A stretch of DNA of 36,316 nucleotides from the NCBI GenBank assembly GCA_040755315.1, contig JBFMBF010000012.1:1-36316 (forward strand). Reading direction: 5' to 3'. The DNA is from Candidatus Hadarchaeota archaeon (GTDB lineage Archaea > Hadarchaeota > Hadarchaeia > Hadarchaeales > Hadarchaeaceae). How positions within the stretch are numbered: the first letter of the stretch is position 1; every line of letters starts with the position of its first letter. The notes under the pieces were generated by a model. That model had not been told where the DNA came from. It was given only the letters and a program-made list of their open reading frames with translations, and did not search any database. The translations under genes and the position numbers were made by a program. This document shows positions 26,701 through 35,338 of the stretch, one piece after another.

Positions 26701-27170
26701 GTCATCCCTCCGAAGACAATCACGTTCTCGGTCACTGGGTCGTACGTCATGGCAGGATACTCCCTCGCGGACGGCTTGGTTGCCGCTTGCGTCACGTTTT
26801 CCCATCTTTGGGTGGAGGGGTTCAGCATCCAGCTCTCATCATAGCGCACCCCATCGTAACCTCCGAAGAGGATCACGTTCTCGGTCACGGGGTCGTAGAC
26901 CATCGCGTGCCTCCCTCTCGCGGACGGCGGGGTGTTGGTCGCCAAGCGCGCCCACTTGTTGACCCTGAAAGCCGAAAGCCTGACCTGGTTCTGGCTCACT
27001 ATCGCGTTCATCTTAGCTACGGCAGTGTTGAAGTTATCAGTAGTGGTGTGGGTGACGGAGCTGGTCGGGGCAGAAACAATTGGGGCCGCCGCAATGAGCA
27101 GCGCCAATAAAAGCGCGACGCTGAGCCCTTGTTTGACATGACTGGTCCTATCCGAACGTCCAATCCTCAC
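23784..27170 (-). CDS. Cell-surface protein with two Kelch propellers, Ig/FN3-like domains and a C-terminal TM anchor
   Basis: Signal-like N-terminus; 2x6 repeats of R..HAMVYDP.TENV.LFGG...W; Thr-rich linker, TM helix, RPKK tail. Confidence 0.9.
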   Translation of the reverse strand: MRIGRSDRTSHVKQGLSVALLLALLIAAAPIVSAPTSSVTHTTTDNFNTAVAKMNAIVSQNQVRLSAFRVNKWARLATNTPPSARGRHAMVYDPVTENVILFGGYDGVRYDESWMLNPSTQRWENVTQAATKPSAREYPAMTYDPVTENVIVFGGMTDSGRDNEIWMFKPSTRTWENVASIAGPSRREQHAMVYDPVTENVILFGGYTGAVNDETWMFSPTARTWQNVTPAASPTARYAHAMVYDPVTDNIIVFGGRSGTEIFNDTWMFSPTARTWENVTPATGPTGRYLHSMAYDPVTENVVIFGGWDGAMFNDTWMFSPTARTWENVTPATGPTGRYMHAMVYAAKIEKVVLFGGDDGTVYVNDTWTYRSGLYFPAISSQSYLVSAELDNTANLIENVTVTWNGSVPLTARLSIYASNAGAYYYSVDNGVERSILTAISRGSTLSYLTYLTIPSKTWENLAFTAATPTPRPVRRYAMVYDPKTENIILFGGVNSAGVRENETWMFNPSTRTWENLTVTTYLGAVLRPRGGSAMVYDPKTENIILFGGGSPGVENETWMFNSTARRWENIAVTAKDRFPPNPTENRIGAREGAKMVYDPKTENIVLVGGYNGTTYENETWMFNSTARRWENIVTSTYTSFPGLKYDHAMVYDPVTENIVLVGGYNGATNENGTWMLNTTTRRWELLSVTGDDVLLIRSQHAMVYDPITENIFLFGGATGAAGAVVDNDTWMFNTTTRSWENLSYTGNAVMYVRSEHGMVYDPKTENIFTFSGNGPGGAIDNDGWMFKSILDDTPILTDITLQYEHSTPVRPFSPAADTKTTDTTPNLDLENTYIGDSYEFWVDDDSGFASPVMENDSDNSHDMGTLADGKYYWKARVWKGTHYSDFSADTRAIYIDTTAPGVPTSISVSPASWTATNSFTVSWTNPSDLTGISGAYYKFGTPAGSTDGTLVSGSNLTSMTISAPADGQNTVYIWLVDAVGNVLSTNKGSATLYLNRATPTVTLSAAMGATETAAGWTATSTSASYTISGTVPAGSTVKINGTTVDVSGGVFSLAASLIGGANTFTIEVTDQAGNTTSRTLTVNYSPSAAMPTTPTSTTTNIVLMAGAAIFLVVAALAVIYSFVRPKK
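26154..26384. repeat. 81-bp exact direct repeat (26154-26234 / 26304-26384) inside the Kelch gene
   Basis: Identical nucleotides at a 150-bp period. Confidence 0.9.
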
Positions 27171-27424
27171 TTTATCCGTCTCCTGTTAAGCAAAATAAAG
27201 TGCCTTTCAGTCTTTTAAAGCGTTTTGGTGGCCATTTTGGTGTGTACTATCTTTTAGTTTCCGCACTTGGTGCCCAGTTGCTTGCGGGGTCTGAAGAAAG
27301 GAGCCTAAATCCCCTACATCCTCAATGTGACATGAGCGGCAGAAAAAAAACGTGAAAAACGTGCAATTAGCTGTAGATATTTTTACTTGTTTGTTACGCG
27401 ATTGCGTTATTAAGCCAGTAAATT

Positions 27425-28069
27425 TTATCTAAAGGTCACTTTTTCCTCAAGCTGCCGCCTCAGCCTGACGCCGTCCTCGTACCTCAACCCCAAAACTTTG
27501 TATTCCTCCCTGCTCTCCGCCAACGTTTGTTTCAAAACCCTCCAAAGATTTTTTTGCAAGTCATATTTCTCGAGGAGTTTTTTTAGGGCGCCGAACTTCA
27601 GGTCAACAAACGCCAAAAGTGATATGATGTCCATGCGGTCCTTCATCCCCTTTTCAGAACCCCACCTCTCCCCGGCGGCCTGGGCCTTCAGGAGCAGGAG
27701 AACTTCCGGGGTCGCGACCTTGAACCCCTCAACATTTGAAATCATCTTCTCGCGAAAGATGTCCAGACAGGGGACGACCAAGTTGCACATGAACGGGGTG
27801 TAAATGTCCACCTCGACACCGTCCACCACAACCTCAAATTTTTTTAACCGTGGATTGCGCTTGACATGCAAACTCCACTTGAGCGCTTCGGCCTGCAGCC
27901 TGTAGAAATTGTTTTGGTCCATGTAGATATCGATGTCGCGGCTCTTGAGCTTGCGGGCCCACAGGTACACTCCCCAGCCGCCTATGGTCACAAAATCGGC
28001 TACCTTCTGCAATCGCTTGAGGACATCCCAGGAGCGCTCGACCGCTTCATCACGCCAGAATTCTACCAC
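27425..28069 (-). CDS. Nucleotidyltransferase (AbiEii-like putative toxin)
   Basis: IGGWGV, SRDIDI, LLLLK, KDRMDI. Confidence 0.75.
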   Translation of the reverse strand: MVEFWRDEAVERSWDVLKRLQKVADFVTIGGWGVYLWARKLKSRDIDIYMDQNNFYRLQAEALKWSLHVKRNPRLKKFEVVVDGVEVDIYTPFMCNLVVPCLDIFREKMISNVEGFKVATPEVLLLLKAQAAGERWGSEKGMKDRMDIISLLAFVDLKFGALKKLLEKYDLQKNLWRVLKQTLAESREEYKVLGLRYEDGVRLRRQLEEKVTFR

Positions 28070-28665
28070 ATGCTCAACTCCGGATGTGCCTGTGTCACGT
28101 CTTTGAGGTATGGCGCCGCCTCCGGTCCTCCAATGGCATAAATATCAACATAGATCTGCGGCACTGGCACTACGCCATGTTTTGAAGTCTGGAGTAAGTG
28201 TGGGTCGTCAACCTGCAGCACGAAGATGTTGGGGTTGGTTTTACGTATTTTTTGTTTTCGGAACCCCAACCAGCGATTGAACTCCTCGCGGTCCCAGATG
28301 TAAAAGTAAATGCGCGAGTACTCTGCTGGGCGGCGTTTTGTCAACGATGACCAAGCTGAAAAGGCGGTCAGTGCAGCGCCGCGTGGAAGGTTCTTTTCCT
28401 CCAAGGGGTCGATGCGGAAGGCAAAAACTATGTCGCGATCGAGTCTGCGCTCGGTTGCCCATAGGTTCAGTATCCGCGCCGGAGACAGCGTCCTCAGCCC
28501 GCGCCGCGTTGTCTCCACCGCTCTCGCAGCCGCAAGTTTTCGCGCAGTCTTGTTCACCAAACCTATCGAAACCTGGCAGCGTTTGGCCAAGTCCTCCTGC
28601 TTGGTTCTAGACTCCCCAGAGAGGCTCAGGAGCAGGAGCTCGCGATAAATCCGCTCGAACTTCAT
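28063..28665 (-). CDS. HTH transcriptional regulator (AbiEi-like putative antitoxin)
   Basis: QEDLAKRCQVSIGLVNK HTH; ALTAFSA...PQIYVDIY C-terminal pattern; overlaps the NTase gene. Confidence 0.72.
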   Translation of the reverse strand: MKFERIYRELLLLSLSGESRTKQEDLAKRCQVSIGLVNKTARKLAAARAVETTRRGLRTLSPARILNLWATERRLDRDIVFAFRIDPLEEKNLPRGAALTAFSAWSSLTKRRPAEYSRIYFYIWDREEFNRWLGFRKQKIRKTNPNIFVLQVDDPHLLQTSKHGVVPVPQIYVDIYAIGGPEAAPYLKDVTQAHPELSMW

Positions 28666-28706
28666 GTTTCCACTGTTTCACTTTTAGACTTTGTATATAT
28701 ATAAGT

Positions 28707-28726
28707 TTTTCACAAAATGGTGAAAA
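28707..28726. promoter_or_regulatory. Inverted-repeat operator candidate
   Basis: TTTTCAC-N6-GTGAAAA next to a TATATATA box, with a further TTTCAC half-site near 28676. Confidence 0.5.
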
Positions 28727-28827
28727 TAAGCCGATTCAAGATAAAACGCGGCTTCAGCTTTTCTGCGTCGGCCGCAAAAACTTGAACGCAACTTTTAAAA
28801 CATCTCCCTCGATATGCTCAAGGACGC

Positions 28828-31488
28828 ATGCCAAGGAATCTTTACTTCTTCGACGAGGGGGACGGCAAGGACAAGAGGCTGCTCGGGGGAAAGGGCGCCG
28901 GCCTCTGCACCATGACCCAGTTGGGTCTCCCTGTCCCGCCAGGCTTCATCATAACGACTGAGGTCTGCAAGCGATACTACGCGCTCGGGGGGAAGATACC
29001 AGAAGACCTGAATGAAGACGTGAAGGCGGCCATGCAAAAGCTTGAGAAGCTCACCGGCAAGCGCTTCGGCGACCCGGCCAACCCGCTCCTGATCTCGATC
29101 CGCTCGGGCTCCATGCTCTCGATGCCCGGGATGATGGACACGATACTGAACCTCGGCCTGAACGAGGAGACCGTCCGTGGGATTGCAAAGCTCACGAACG
29201 ACGAGAGGTTCGCCTACGACGCCTACAGGAGGTTCATCCAGATGTTCGGGAAGGTTGTTCTCGGGGTGGACGCGAAGAAATTCGAAGACGCGCTGGAAAA
29301 GAAAAAGCATGAGGTTGGGGCGAAGGCCGACACCGACCTCAAGGCGGAAGACCTCAAAAAAATCGTTGTGGAGTTCAAGTCAATAATAAAAAGCGACACT
29401 GGTTCTGACTTTCCATCCGATCCCTGGAAGCAGTTTGACCTTGCAATAGCCGCCGTCTTCAGGTCATGGAATAACAAGAGGGCCAATGAATACAGGAATT
29501 ACTACAAGATACCCCACGACCTCGGGACGGCTGTCAACGTGATGACGATGGTCTTTGGCAACATGGGGGAGGGCTCCGGGACGGGAGTGGCCTTCACGAG
29601 GAACCCATCAACCGGCGTGCACGAGCTCTACGGCGAGTTCCTGTTCAACGCTCAGGGGGAAGATGTCGTCGCTGGCATAAGGACGCCGCTCAAGATAGCC
29701 GAGCTCGAGAAGAAACACCCGCAACTGCACGCCCAGCTCCTTGACATCGCTAGGAAACTGGAGCAGCACTACAGGGAGATGCAGGATGTCGAGTTCACGG
29801 TCGAGCGGGGCAAGCTCTACATGCTCCAGACGCGGGCTGGCAAGCGAACGGCGCAGGCGGCCGTCAAGATTGCCGTGGAGATGGCCGATGAAGGTTTGAT
29901 AACGAAGGGGGACGCCATCATCAGGATAGAACCTGAACAAGTCGAACGCTTGCTTCACAAACAAGTGGACCCAAGCGCCAAGGTGAAGGTGGTGGCAAAG
30001 GGGTTGAACGCGAGTCCCGGCGCCGCGGTCGGCAAAGTCGTTTTTGACCCGGAAGATGCAAAGAAAAAGGCGAAGGATGGCGAAAAACTAATTCTAGTCC
30101 GCCCCGAAACGAACCCCGATGATGTTGGAGGAATAATTGCCTCGCAGGGCGTGCTCACTTCAAGAGGGGGAATGACAAGTCATGCGGCGGTTGTAACCCG
30201 CGGGCTTGGGAAACCCGCAGTCGTCGGCTGCGAGGGGATAAAAATTGACTTGGAAAAGCGCCTTTTCACTGCGGGTGACGTGACCGTGAGGGAGGATGAA
30301 CTGATAACGATAAACGGGACCACAGGCGACGTGATCGTCGGCCAAGCCCCGCTGGTCGAGCCAAAGATGTCAGAGGAGCTGCTGAAACTCCTGAACTGGT
30401 GTGACGAAACCAAGCGCCTCCAGAACTGGGCGAACGCCGACTACCCGCGTGACGCCCGGAAGGCGAGGGAGTACGGGGCGCAGGGGATAGGCCTCTGCAG
30501 AACCGAGCACATGTTCTTCGAGGAGGAGCGGCTCCCGATTGTCAGGCAGGTCATACTGGAGGAGGACGCCGAGAAAAGGAAGCCGGGGCTGCAGAAGCTG
30601 CTGCAGTTCCAGAAGGGGGACTTCAAGGAGATTCTGAAGGTCATGGACGGGCTGCCGGTGATAATAAGGCTGCTAGACCCGCCGCTCCACGAGTTCCTCC
30701 CGCGCTACGAGGAGCTGCTTCACGAGGTGATTGTGAGGAGGATGGGTGGAAGCAAACAGCCGGAGCTCAAGGCGGCGGAGGAGCTGCTGAAGAGGGTGGA
30801 GGACATGAGGGAGGCCAACCCCATGATGGGGCTGCGCGGGTGCAGGCTCGGGATAACCTACCCGGACATAAACGAGATGCAGGTCAAGGCAATCTTCGAG
30901 GCGGCCTGCGAGCTGAAGAAGGAGGGGTTGGACCCAAGGCCGGAAGTGATGATCCCGCTAGTCGGGCACTTCAACGAACTGAAGATCGTGAGGGAGCAGC
31001 TTGAGCCGGTGGCAAGAGGAGTCATGGAAAAGTACGGGGTGAATGTCGAGTACAAGTTCGGGACGATGATAGAGATTCCGCGGGCGGCGCTGACGGCCGA
31101 CGAGATTGCTGAGTACGCGGAGTTCTTTTCTTTCGGCACAAATGACCTGACTCAGATGACATACGGCTACTCGCGCGACGACGCCGAGCACAAGTTTCTG
31201 TTCCAGTACCTCGAGAAGAAAATACTTGATGCCGACCCCTTCCAGACGTTGGATCCCAAAGGGGTTGGAAAGCTGATAAAGATTGCCGTGGAGCTCGGGA
31301 GAAAAAAGAGGCCCGGACTGGAGATCGGGATTTGCGGGGAGCACGGTGGGGATCCCGCGTCCATCCAACTCTGCCATGATTACGGGCTGAACTACGTCTC
31401 GGCATCTCCTTTCAGGCTCCCGGTGGCGAGGCTGGCCGCCGCCCAGGCCGCGCTCAGGGAAAAGATGGAGAAAGAACGCTACCTGTGA
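28828..31488 (+). CDS. ppdK: Pyruvate, phosphate dikinase
   Basis: LLGGKGA, SMPGMMDT, NAQGEDVVAG, GGMTSHAAV, GLCRTEHMF, SFGTNDLTQ, ICGEHGG. Confidence 0.98.
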   Translation: MPRNLYFFDEGDGKDKRLLGGKGAGLCTMTQLGLPVPPGFIITTEVCKRYYALGGKIPEDLNEDVKAAMQKLEKLTGKRFGDPANPLLISIRSGSMLSMPGMMDTILNLGLNEETVRGIAKLTNDERFAYDAYRRFIQMFGKVVLGVDAKKFEDALEKKKHEVGAKADTDLKAEDLKKIVVEFKSIIKSDTGSDFPSDPWKQFDLAIAAVFRSWNNKRANEYRNYYKIPHDLGTAVNVMTMVFGNMGEGSGTGVAFTRNPSTGVHELYGEFLFNAQGEDVVAGIRTPLKIAELEKKHPQLHAQLLDIARKLEQHYREMQDVEFTVERGKLYMLQTRAGKRTAQAAVKIAVEMADEGLITKGDAIIRIEPEQVERLLHKQVDPSAKVKVVAKGLNASPGAAVGKVVFDPEDAKKKAKDGEKLILVRPETNPDDVGGIIASQGVLTSRGGMTSHAAVVTRGLGKPAVVGCEGIKIDLEKRLFTAGDVTVREDELITINGTTGDVIVGQAPLVEPKMSEELLKLLNWCDETKRLQNWANADYPRDARKAREYGAQGIGLCRTEHMFFEEERLPIVRQVILEEDAEKRKPGLQKLLQFQKGDFKEILKVMDGLPVIIRLLDPPLHEFLPRYEELLHEVIVRRMGGSKQPELKAAEELLKRVEDMREANPMMGLRGCRLGITYPDINEMQVKAIFEAACELKKEGLDPRPEVMIPLVGHFNELKIVREQLEPVARGVMEKYGVNVEYKFGTMIEIPRAALTADEIAEYAEFFSFGTNDLTQMTYGYSRDDAEHKFLFQYLEKKILDADPFQTLDPKGVGKLIKIAVELGRKKRPGLEIGICGEHGGDPASIQLCHDYGLNYVSASPFRLPVARLAAAQAALREKMEKERYL

Positions 31489-31545
31489 AGCGGAACTTCT
31501 GTCGTGTCTGTTAAATAAAATGGAAAACAATTGTTGAGGGGAGCC

Positions 31546-31971
31546 ATGCCAGAAAAAGCTGAAAAAACTGAAAAAGCAGGCGGCGCTGAAAATGCAGAAG
31601 AAGCCGCCAAAGCTGAAAAGATAGAAGAAATAGCCAAAGCTTTGCAGACTGAGGAGGTTGCCAAACCCGAAAAGATAGAGGAAGCCGAGGTTGAAAAAGT
31701 TGTTGAGGAAGAAGTCAAACCAACTGAACTTGCCGAGGGGGTTTTTTCTTTCGGCGTCGTCACCGTTGGAGGAAACGGAGACATTGTGATACCAAAGGCG
31801 GCGCGAGACAAGTTTGAAATCCAACCGGGGGACAAGCTGGTGGTCGTGGGGGATGTCAAAAAAGGGTTGGGGATTGCCAAGAACGACGCCATGAAAAACT
31901 TATTTTTGAAGATTCTGGGAGTCATCCGCGAGGTCGAGAAAAAAGTGGAAGGCAGCGAAAGTAAGGAATAA
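31546..31971 (+). CDS. AbrB/MazE/SpoVT-family DNA-binding protein with acidic N-terminal extension
   Basis: VTVGGNGDIVIPKAARDKFEIQPGDKL. Confidence 0.8.
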   Translation: MPEKAEKTEKAGGAENAEEAAKAEKIEEIAKALQTEEVAKPEKIEEAEVEKVVEEEVKPTELAEGVFSFGVVTVGGNGDIVIPKAARDKFEIQPGDKLVVVGDVKKGLGIAKNDAMKNLFLKILGVIREVEKKVEGSESKE

Positions 31972-32020
31972 CCCACACGGTTCATTTTTAAGCAGCGAGT
32001 TCGATAAGAAAAGGATAGCT

Positions 32021-32482
32021 ATGGAAGAAAAAACAGAAGCTGCGCCCGCAGAAATAACAAAGGTGAAAGACCTTACGCCTCGGTCAAACAAGGTAAATGT
32101 TCTGGCGAAGGTCACAGGCATCGGGGAACCGAAGGAAATACCAAACAAATTTGGCGGAGAAGCAAGGAGAGTGGCTGAGGCCCGGGTTGGCGATGAGACC
32201 GGCACGGTCGTCCTCTCGTTGTGGCAGGACCAGATAGGTTCGGTCAGCGAAGGCGACGTCCTGTACATAGAGAATGGTTACGTCACGCTATTCCAGGGGC
32301 ACATTCGCCTGAACGTTGGAAAGTACGGAAAAATGACAAAGCCCGACAAAGATATCCCAAACGTGAACACCGAGGTAGATGTCAGCGCCGCGGAACATGA
32401 GCGGGAACGCAGGGAGTTCAGGCCGAGGTACGGCGGCGGTTTCAGGGGCGGGTACAGAGACCGCGGCGGAAGAAGGTATTAG
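32021..32482 (+). CDS. ssb: Single-stranded DNA-binding protein (single OB fold, RG-rich tail)
   Basis: KVKDLTP, VGDETG.V.LSLW, IENGYV, LNVGKYG; tail RYGGGFRGGYRDRGGRRY. Confidence 0.9.
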   Translation: MEEKTEAAPAEITKVKDLTPRSNKVNVLAKVTGIGEPKEIPNKFGGEARRVAEARVGDETGTVVLSLWQDQIGSVSEGDVLYIENGYVTLFQGHIRLNVGKYGKMTKPDKDIPNVNTEVDVSAAEHERERREFRPRYGGGFRGGYRDRGGRRY

Positions 32483-32505
32483 AACTTCTTGTTGTCACGG
32501 CTGGC

Positions 32506-34086
32506 TTATTCCCAAGCGAGCATGTCCCGAGAGTGAGATTCTTTGATGGAATCCAGCAGCAGCCTTTTCATTTTTTTCTTTGTGTGGTAGTCGTGGACGA
32601 CCTTGACCTTCCCGAGGGTGAACGGGTTGAGGCCAGTCCAGTACATGCAGGATGAAATCGTCATTGGCGTGGGTGTGAAAAGCTGGAACTGTTCTATGTT
32701 CCGGAGCTTGGCCAGCTTTTCGCTCAAGACCTTTACCTGCAGCTCGTCGTCGCCCGGGTGGCCAATCATGATGTAAAACCTCAGGGCCTGCCTCCTGCCC
32801 TTGTTGAATTTTTTGAAAAGCTCCACGAACTTGTCAAAATTGGAGTTGTCCTTGTTCATCAGCTTCAGCACCCCCTCAGAGAAGTGCTCTGGGGCAATCT
32901 TCAGTGTTCCGGAAATGTGGTGCTCCGTCAACTCCTTTATGTACTCCTCGCTTTCCAAAGCCAAATCATACCTTATGCCGCTCCTGACAAAAACCTTCTT
33001 CACTCCCGGGACCGCCCTCGCCTTCCTCATGAGCGAGACCAGCCTCCGGTGGCTCCTGTCCAAAACGGCGCATCGCATGCAACTCGCGCCGCAGTTCTTC
33101 TCGCAGTCCATCCCATACATGTTCGCTGAGGGGCCGCCGAGGTCGTCGATGTACCCCCTAAAGTCTGGGTGCTTCGCAAGGCTCTTTATCTCGTTGAGGA
33201 TGTTCGCCTCCGACCTCGAGATTATGTTATCGCCGTGGTGTAGAAAAATCGAGCAGAAATTGCACCTCCCGATGCAGCCGCGATGGGTGACCACCGAGAA
33301 CTGGGCCATCTTCAAAAGCGAGCGCGGATGAAGCTTCCTTGTGAACCCCAAGGAGTATATCCAATCAAGATCCTTTGTAGTGTAATCTGGCGATCTGTAT
33401 TGCAACACGTAATTGTTCTCATATCTCTGGGCCTGGTTCTTACAGTTCGAGAATGCCACCTGCATCTGACAGAACTTCACCTTGTCCTCCTTCGCCTCTT
33501 TGAAAGATGGCAGCATTTCAAAATCCGCGTCGACCGTTCGGGACATGACACATGTGCCAGGTACTCCCCGCAGGCCATTTCCGGCCCTCAATCTGTCGGC
33601 GATCTCTATGGCCTGCTTCTCGCCGCCGCCGTACACTAGAATGTCTGCCCTGGAGTCAAGAAGGATGCTGCGCCTGATATCGTTGTCCCAATAATCATAG
33701 TGCGCGAACCTTCTCAGGGAAGCCTCTATGCCGCCTATGATGATGGTGCTCGACTTAAAATGCCGTTTTATCCCGTTGCAATAGACTATCACGGCCCTGT
33801 CCGGCATCTTTGAGGCGGAGCTGTGGCCGCCGGCCCGCTTTTTCTTGAGCGGCGTGTAGTTGTTCACCATGCTGTCCACGGAGCCGGAGGTGACAAAGAA
33901 GCAGAGCTTTGGTGCGCCGAGCCTGGCGAAGTCCTCCTTAGTCTCTGGCTTTTCGATTATCCCAACATTATAGCCCTTGGAGTCCAAGACCCGGGCTATG
34001 ACTCCGGCCGGTGACATCGGGTGGTCGTCGTAGTAGTCGGCAGTGAGGAACACTATGTCAAAATCCGTTCCAGTTTTGGCTATCAT
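32506..34086 (-). CDS. ygiQ: YgiQ/UPF0313-family radical SAM protein
   Basis: DSMVNNYT, GGIEASLRRFAHYDYW, HRGCIGRCNFC, DLGGPSANMY, SGIRYD, LKIAPEH. Confidence 0.93.
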   Translation of the reverse strand: MIAKTGTDFDIVFLTADYYDDHPMSPAGVIARVLDSKGYNVGIIEKPETKEDFARLGAPKLCFFVTSGSVDSMVNNYTPLKKKRAGGHSSASKMPDRAVIVYCNGIKRHFKSSTIIIGGIEASLRRFAHYDYWDNDIRRSILLDSRADILVYGGGEKQAIEIADRLRAGNGLRGVPGTCVMSRTVDADFEMLPSFKEAKEDKVKFCQMQVAFSNCKNQAQRYENNYVLQYRSPDYTTKDLDWIYSLGFTRKLHPRSLLKMAQFSVVTHRGCIGRCNFCSIFLHHGDNIISRSEANILNEIKSLAKHPDFRGYIDDLGGPSANMYGMDCEKNCGASCMRCAVLDRSHRRLVSLMRKARAVPGVKKVFVRSGIRYDLALESEEYIKELTEHHISGTLKIAPEHFSEGVLKLMNKDNSNFDKFVELFKKFNKGRRQALRFYIMIGHPGDDELQVKVLSEKLAKLRNIEQFQLFTPTPMTISSCMYWTGLNPFTLGKVKVVHDYHTKKKMKRLLLDSIKESHSRDMLAWE

Positions 34087-34138
34087 CTTTACCAGCTTAC
34101 AGTATGGCGCTTGTTGTTATATCCTGTGTAAAGAAGGC

Positions 34139-34158
34139 TGGCGCGGGGGAAGGGATTT
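34139..34158 (-). repeat. tRNA 3'-end remnant (att-like), copy 1
   Basis: Minus strand reads AAAT-CCCTT-CCCCCGC-G-CCA. Confidence 0.6.
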
Positions 34159-34198
34159 CAGCACCTTTTTACTGGTAAAATTTGGCCAATCGCGCTGT

Positions 34199-34600
34199 TC
34201 ATTTCGGGACTTTTTCTTTTACCCATTCATGGAAGCGTTCGACCCGCTTTGCAAATTCCCGAGTGTCTGACTCCTTAAACACCGTTTCGCCGTGCTCTAC
34301 TGGAGTTTTGAAATCCAAGATGGAAATAAACTGGTTTGACTTCTTCAATTCTCTGGACTCGATCTCCTCTATGCTGGCTAGAAGCTTTGCCGCATCTGCA
34401 TGTTTCATGCCCTTGTGTTTCTTACCCAGGTAAAATATCGTCAACGCATCACACGAAGTGATGGTGCAATGAACTCCTGCCAGGACTGCCATGTTCCACC
34501 GCTTGTGCGCCAGCTCGTCTTTCATGCCGTTCAGAAATTCTTCTGCTTTTTTGAGGTAGTTTGAATAGATGTGTTTCCCAATTTCCTGTGTTTCAATCAT
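34199..34600 (-). CDS. HEPN-domain protein
   Basis: YLKKAEEFL, CDALT, HADA, KTPVEHG; abuts an MNT gene. Confidence 0.82.
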   Translation of the reverse strand: MIETQEIGKHIYSNYLKKAEEFLNGMKDELAHKRWNMAVLAGVHCTITSCDALTIFYLGKKHKGMKHADAAKLLASIEEIESRELKKSNQFISILDFKTPVEHGETVFKESDTREFAKRVERFHEWVKEKVPK

Positions 34601-34601
34601 T

Positions 34602-35180
34602 TCAATCGCCCAACACTGCAATTCCTTTACTTATCTCCTTTTTCAACCCATCGCTCAACTGTTCATACTCAATAGACGTGCAGACGAGTATCGACAACGC
34701 GTTGCCAAAAAGTTTCAAAACCGCTTCCCTCAACTTGTTCTTAAAATCCTCCAACCACTTGCCTTTTTCTTTCACAATTAACATCAAATCTATGTCGCTG
34801 TCCGGGCGTTCATTTCCACGGGCAACACTGCCGTAAATCACCGCTTTTTGTATAGGGTGGCCTTTTGCAATTGCTGAAATTCTCCGTTTCAAATGGTTAA
34901 TGAGGCGGCTTTCGGCTTCAAAAATTGGCAGTATTACCGACTCCGCCAGGTAATTTTTCCCGTTCAACTTCCAAAGGATAGAGTTTCCAATCCGCCTGCT
35001 CTGGATAAACCCGTGACGTTCGAAGAGAGTCAGGATGTTTATAACGCCGGGGGTAGAAACTCCACATAATCCTGATAACTCCCTTGACGTGAACTCCTTT
35101 GTATAAGTAACGAGTGTCCGCAATACTCTTACTCTTTCTGCGGTGCCGAAAACCTCTTCCAACACGTTATGAAATCTCAT
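34602..35180 (-). CDS. wHTH plus minimal nucleotidyltransferase (MNT antitoxin)
   Basis: FTSRELS HTH; IYGSVARGNERPDSDIDL. Confidence 0.88.
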   Translation of the reverse strand: MRFHNVLEEVFGTAERVRVLRTLVTYTKEFTSRELSGLCGVSTPGVINILTLFERHGFIQSRRIGNSILWKLNGKNYLAESVILPIFEAESRLINHLKRRISAIAKGHPIQKAVIYGSVARGNERPDSDIDLMLIVKEKGKWLEDFKNKLREAVLKLFGNALSILVCTSIEYEQLSDGLKKEISKGIAVLGD

Positions 35181-35229
35181 GCTCTCAGTTATGTTAACTC
35201 AACTTAAAGTATTTAAAGCTAACTTAAAA

Positions 35230-35257
35230 TGGTGCGGGGGAGGAGATACTCACTCCC
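35230..35257 (-). repeat. tRNA 3'-end remnant (att-like, Leu-like), copy 2
   Basis: Minus strand reads GGGAG-TGAGTAT-CTCCT-CCCCCGC-A-CCA (T-arm plus acceptor 3' strand). Confidence 0.62.
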
Positions 35258-35338
35258 GTTTAATTCTACCATTATTCAGGAGAGTTGGAAACGGGTGCAC
35301 GAGATGTAAAGTCTAATCTTTATGTGGTAAAAACATAC

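Noticed and set aside
24790..26950. CRISPR array or DGR template/variable repeat
   Set aside because: Repeats are in-frame Kelch blades; there is no spacer structure, cas gene, reverse transcriptase or adenine-specific mismatch pattern
4927..33694. Many long antisense or alternate-frame ORFs (e.g. 4927-5712, 9121-10044, 26148-27110, 30958-31824)
   Set aside because: Shadows of well-supported genes in GC-rich coding DNA, with no motifs of their own
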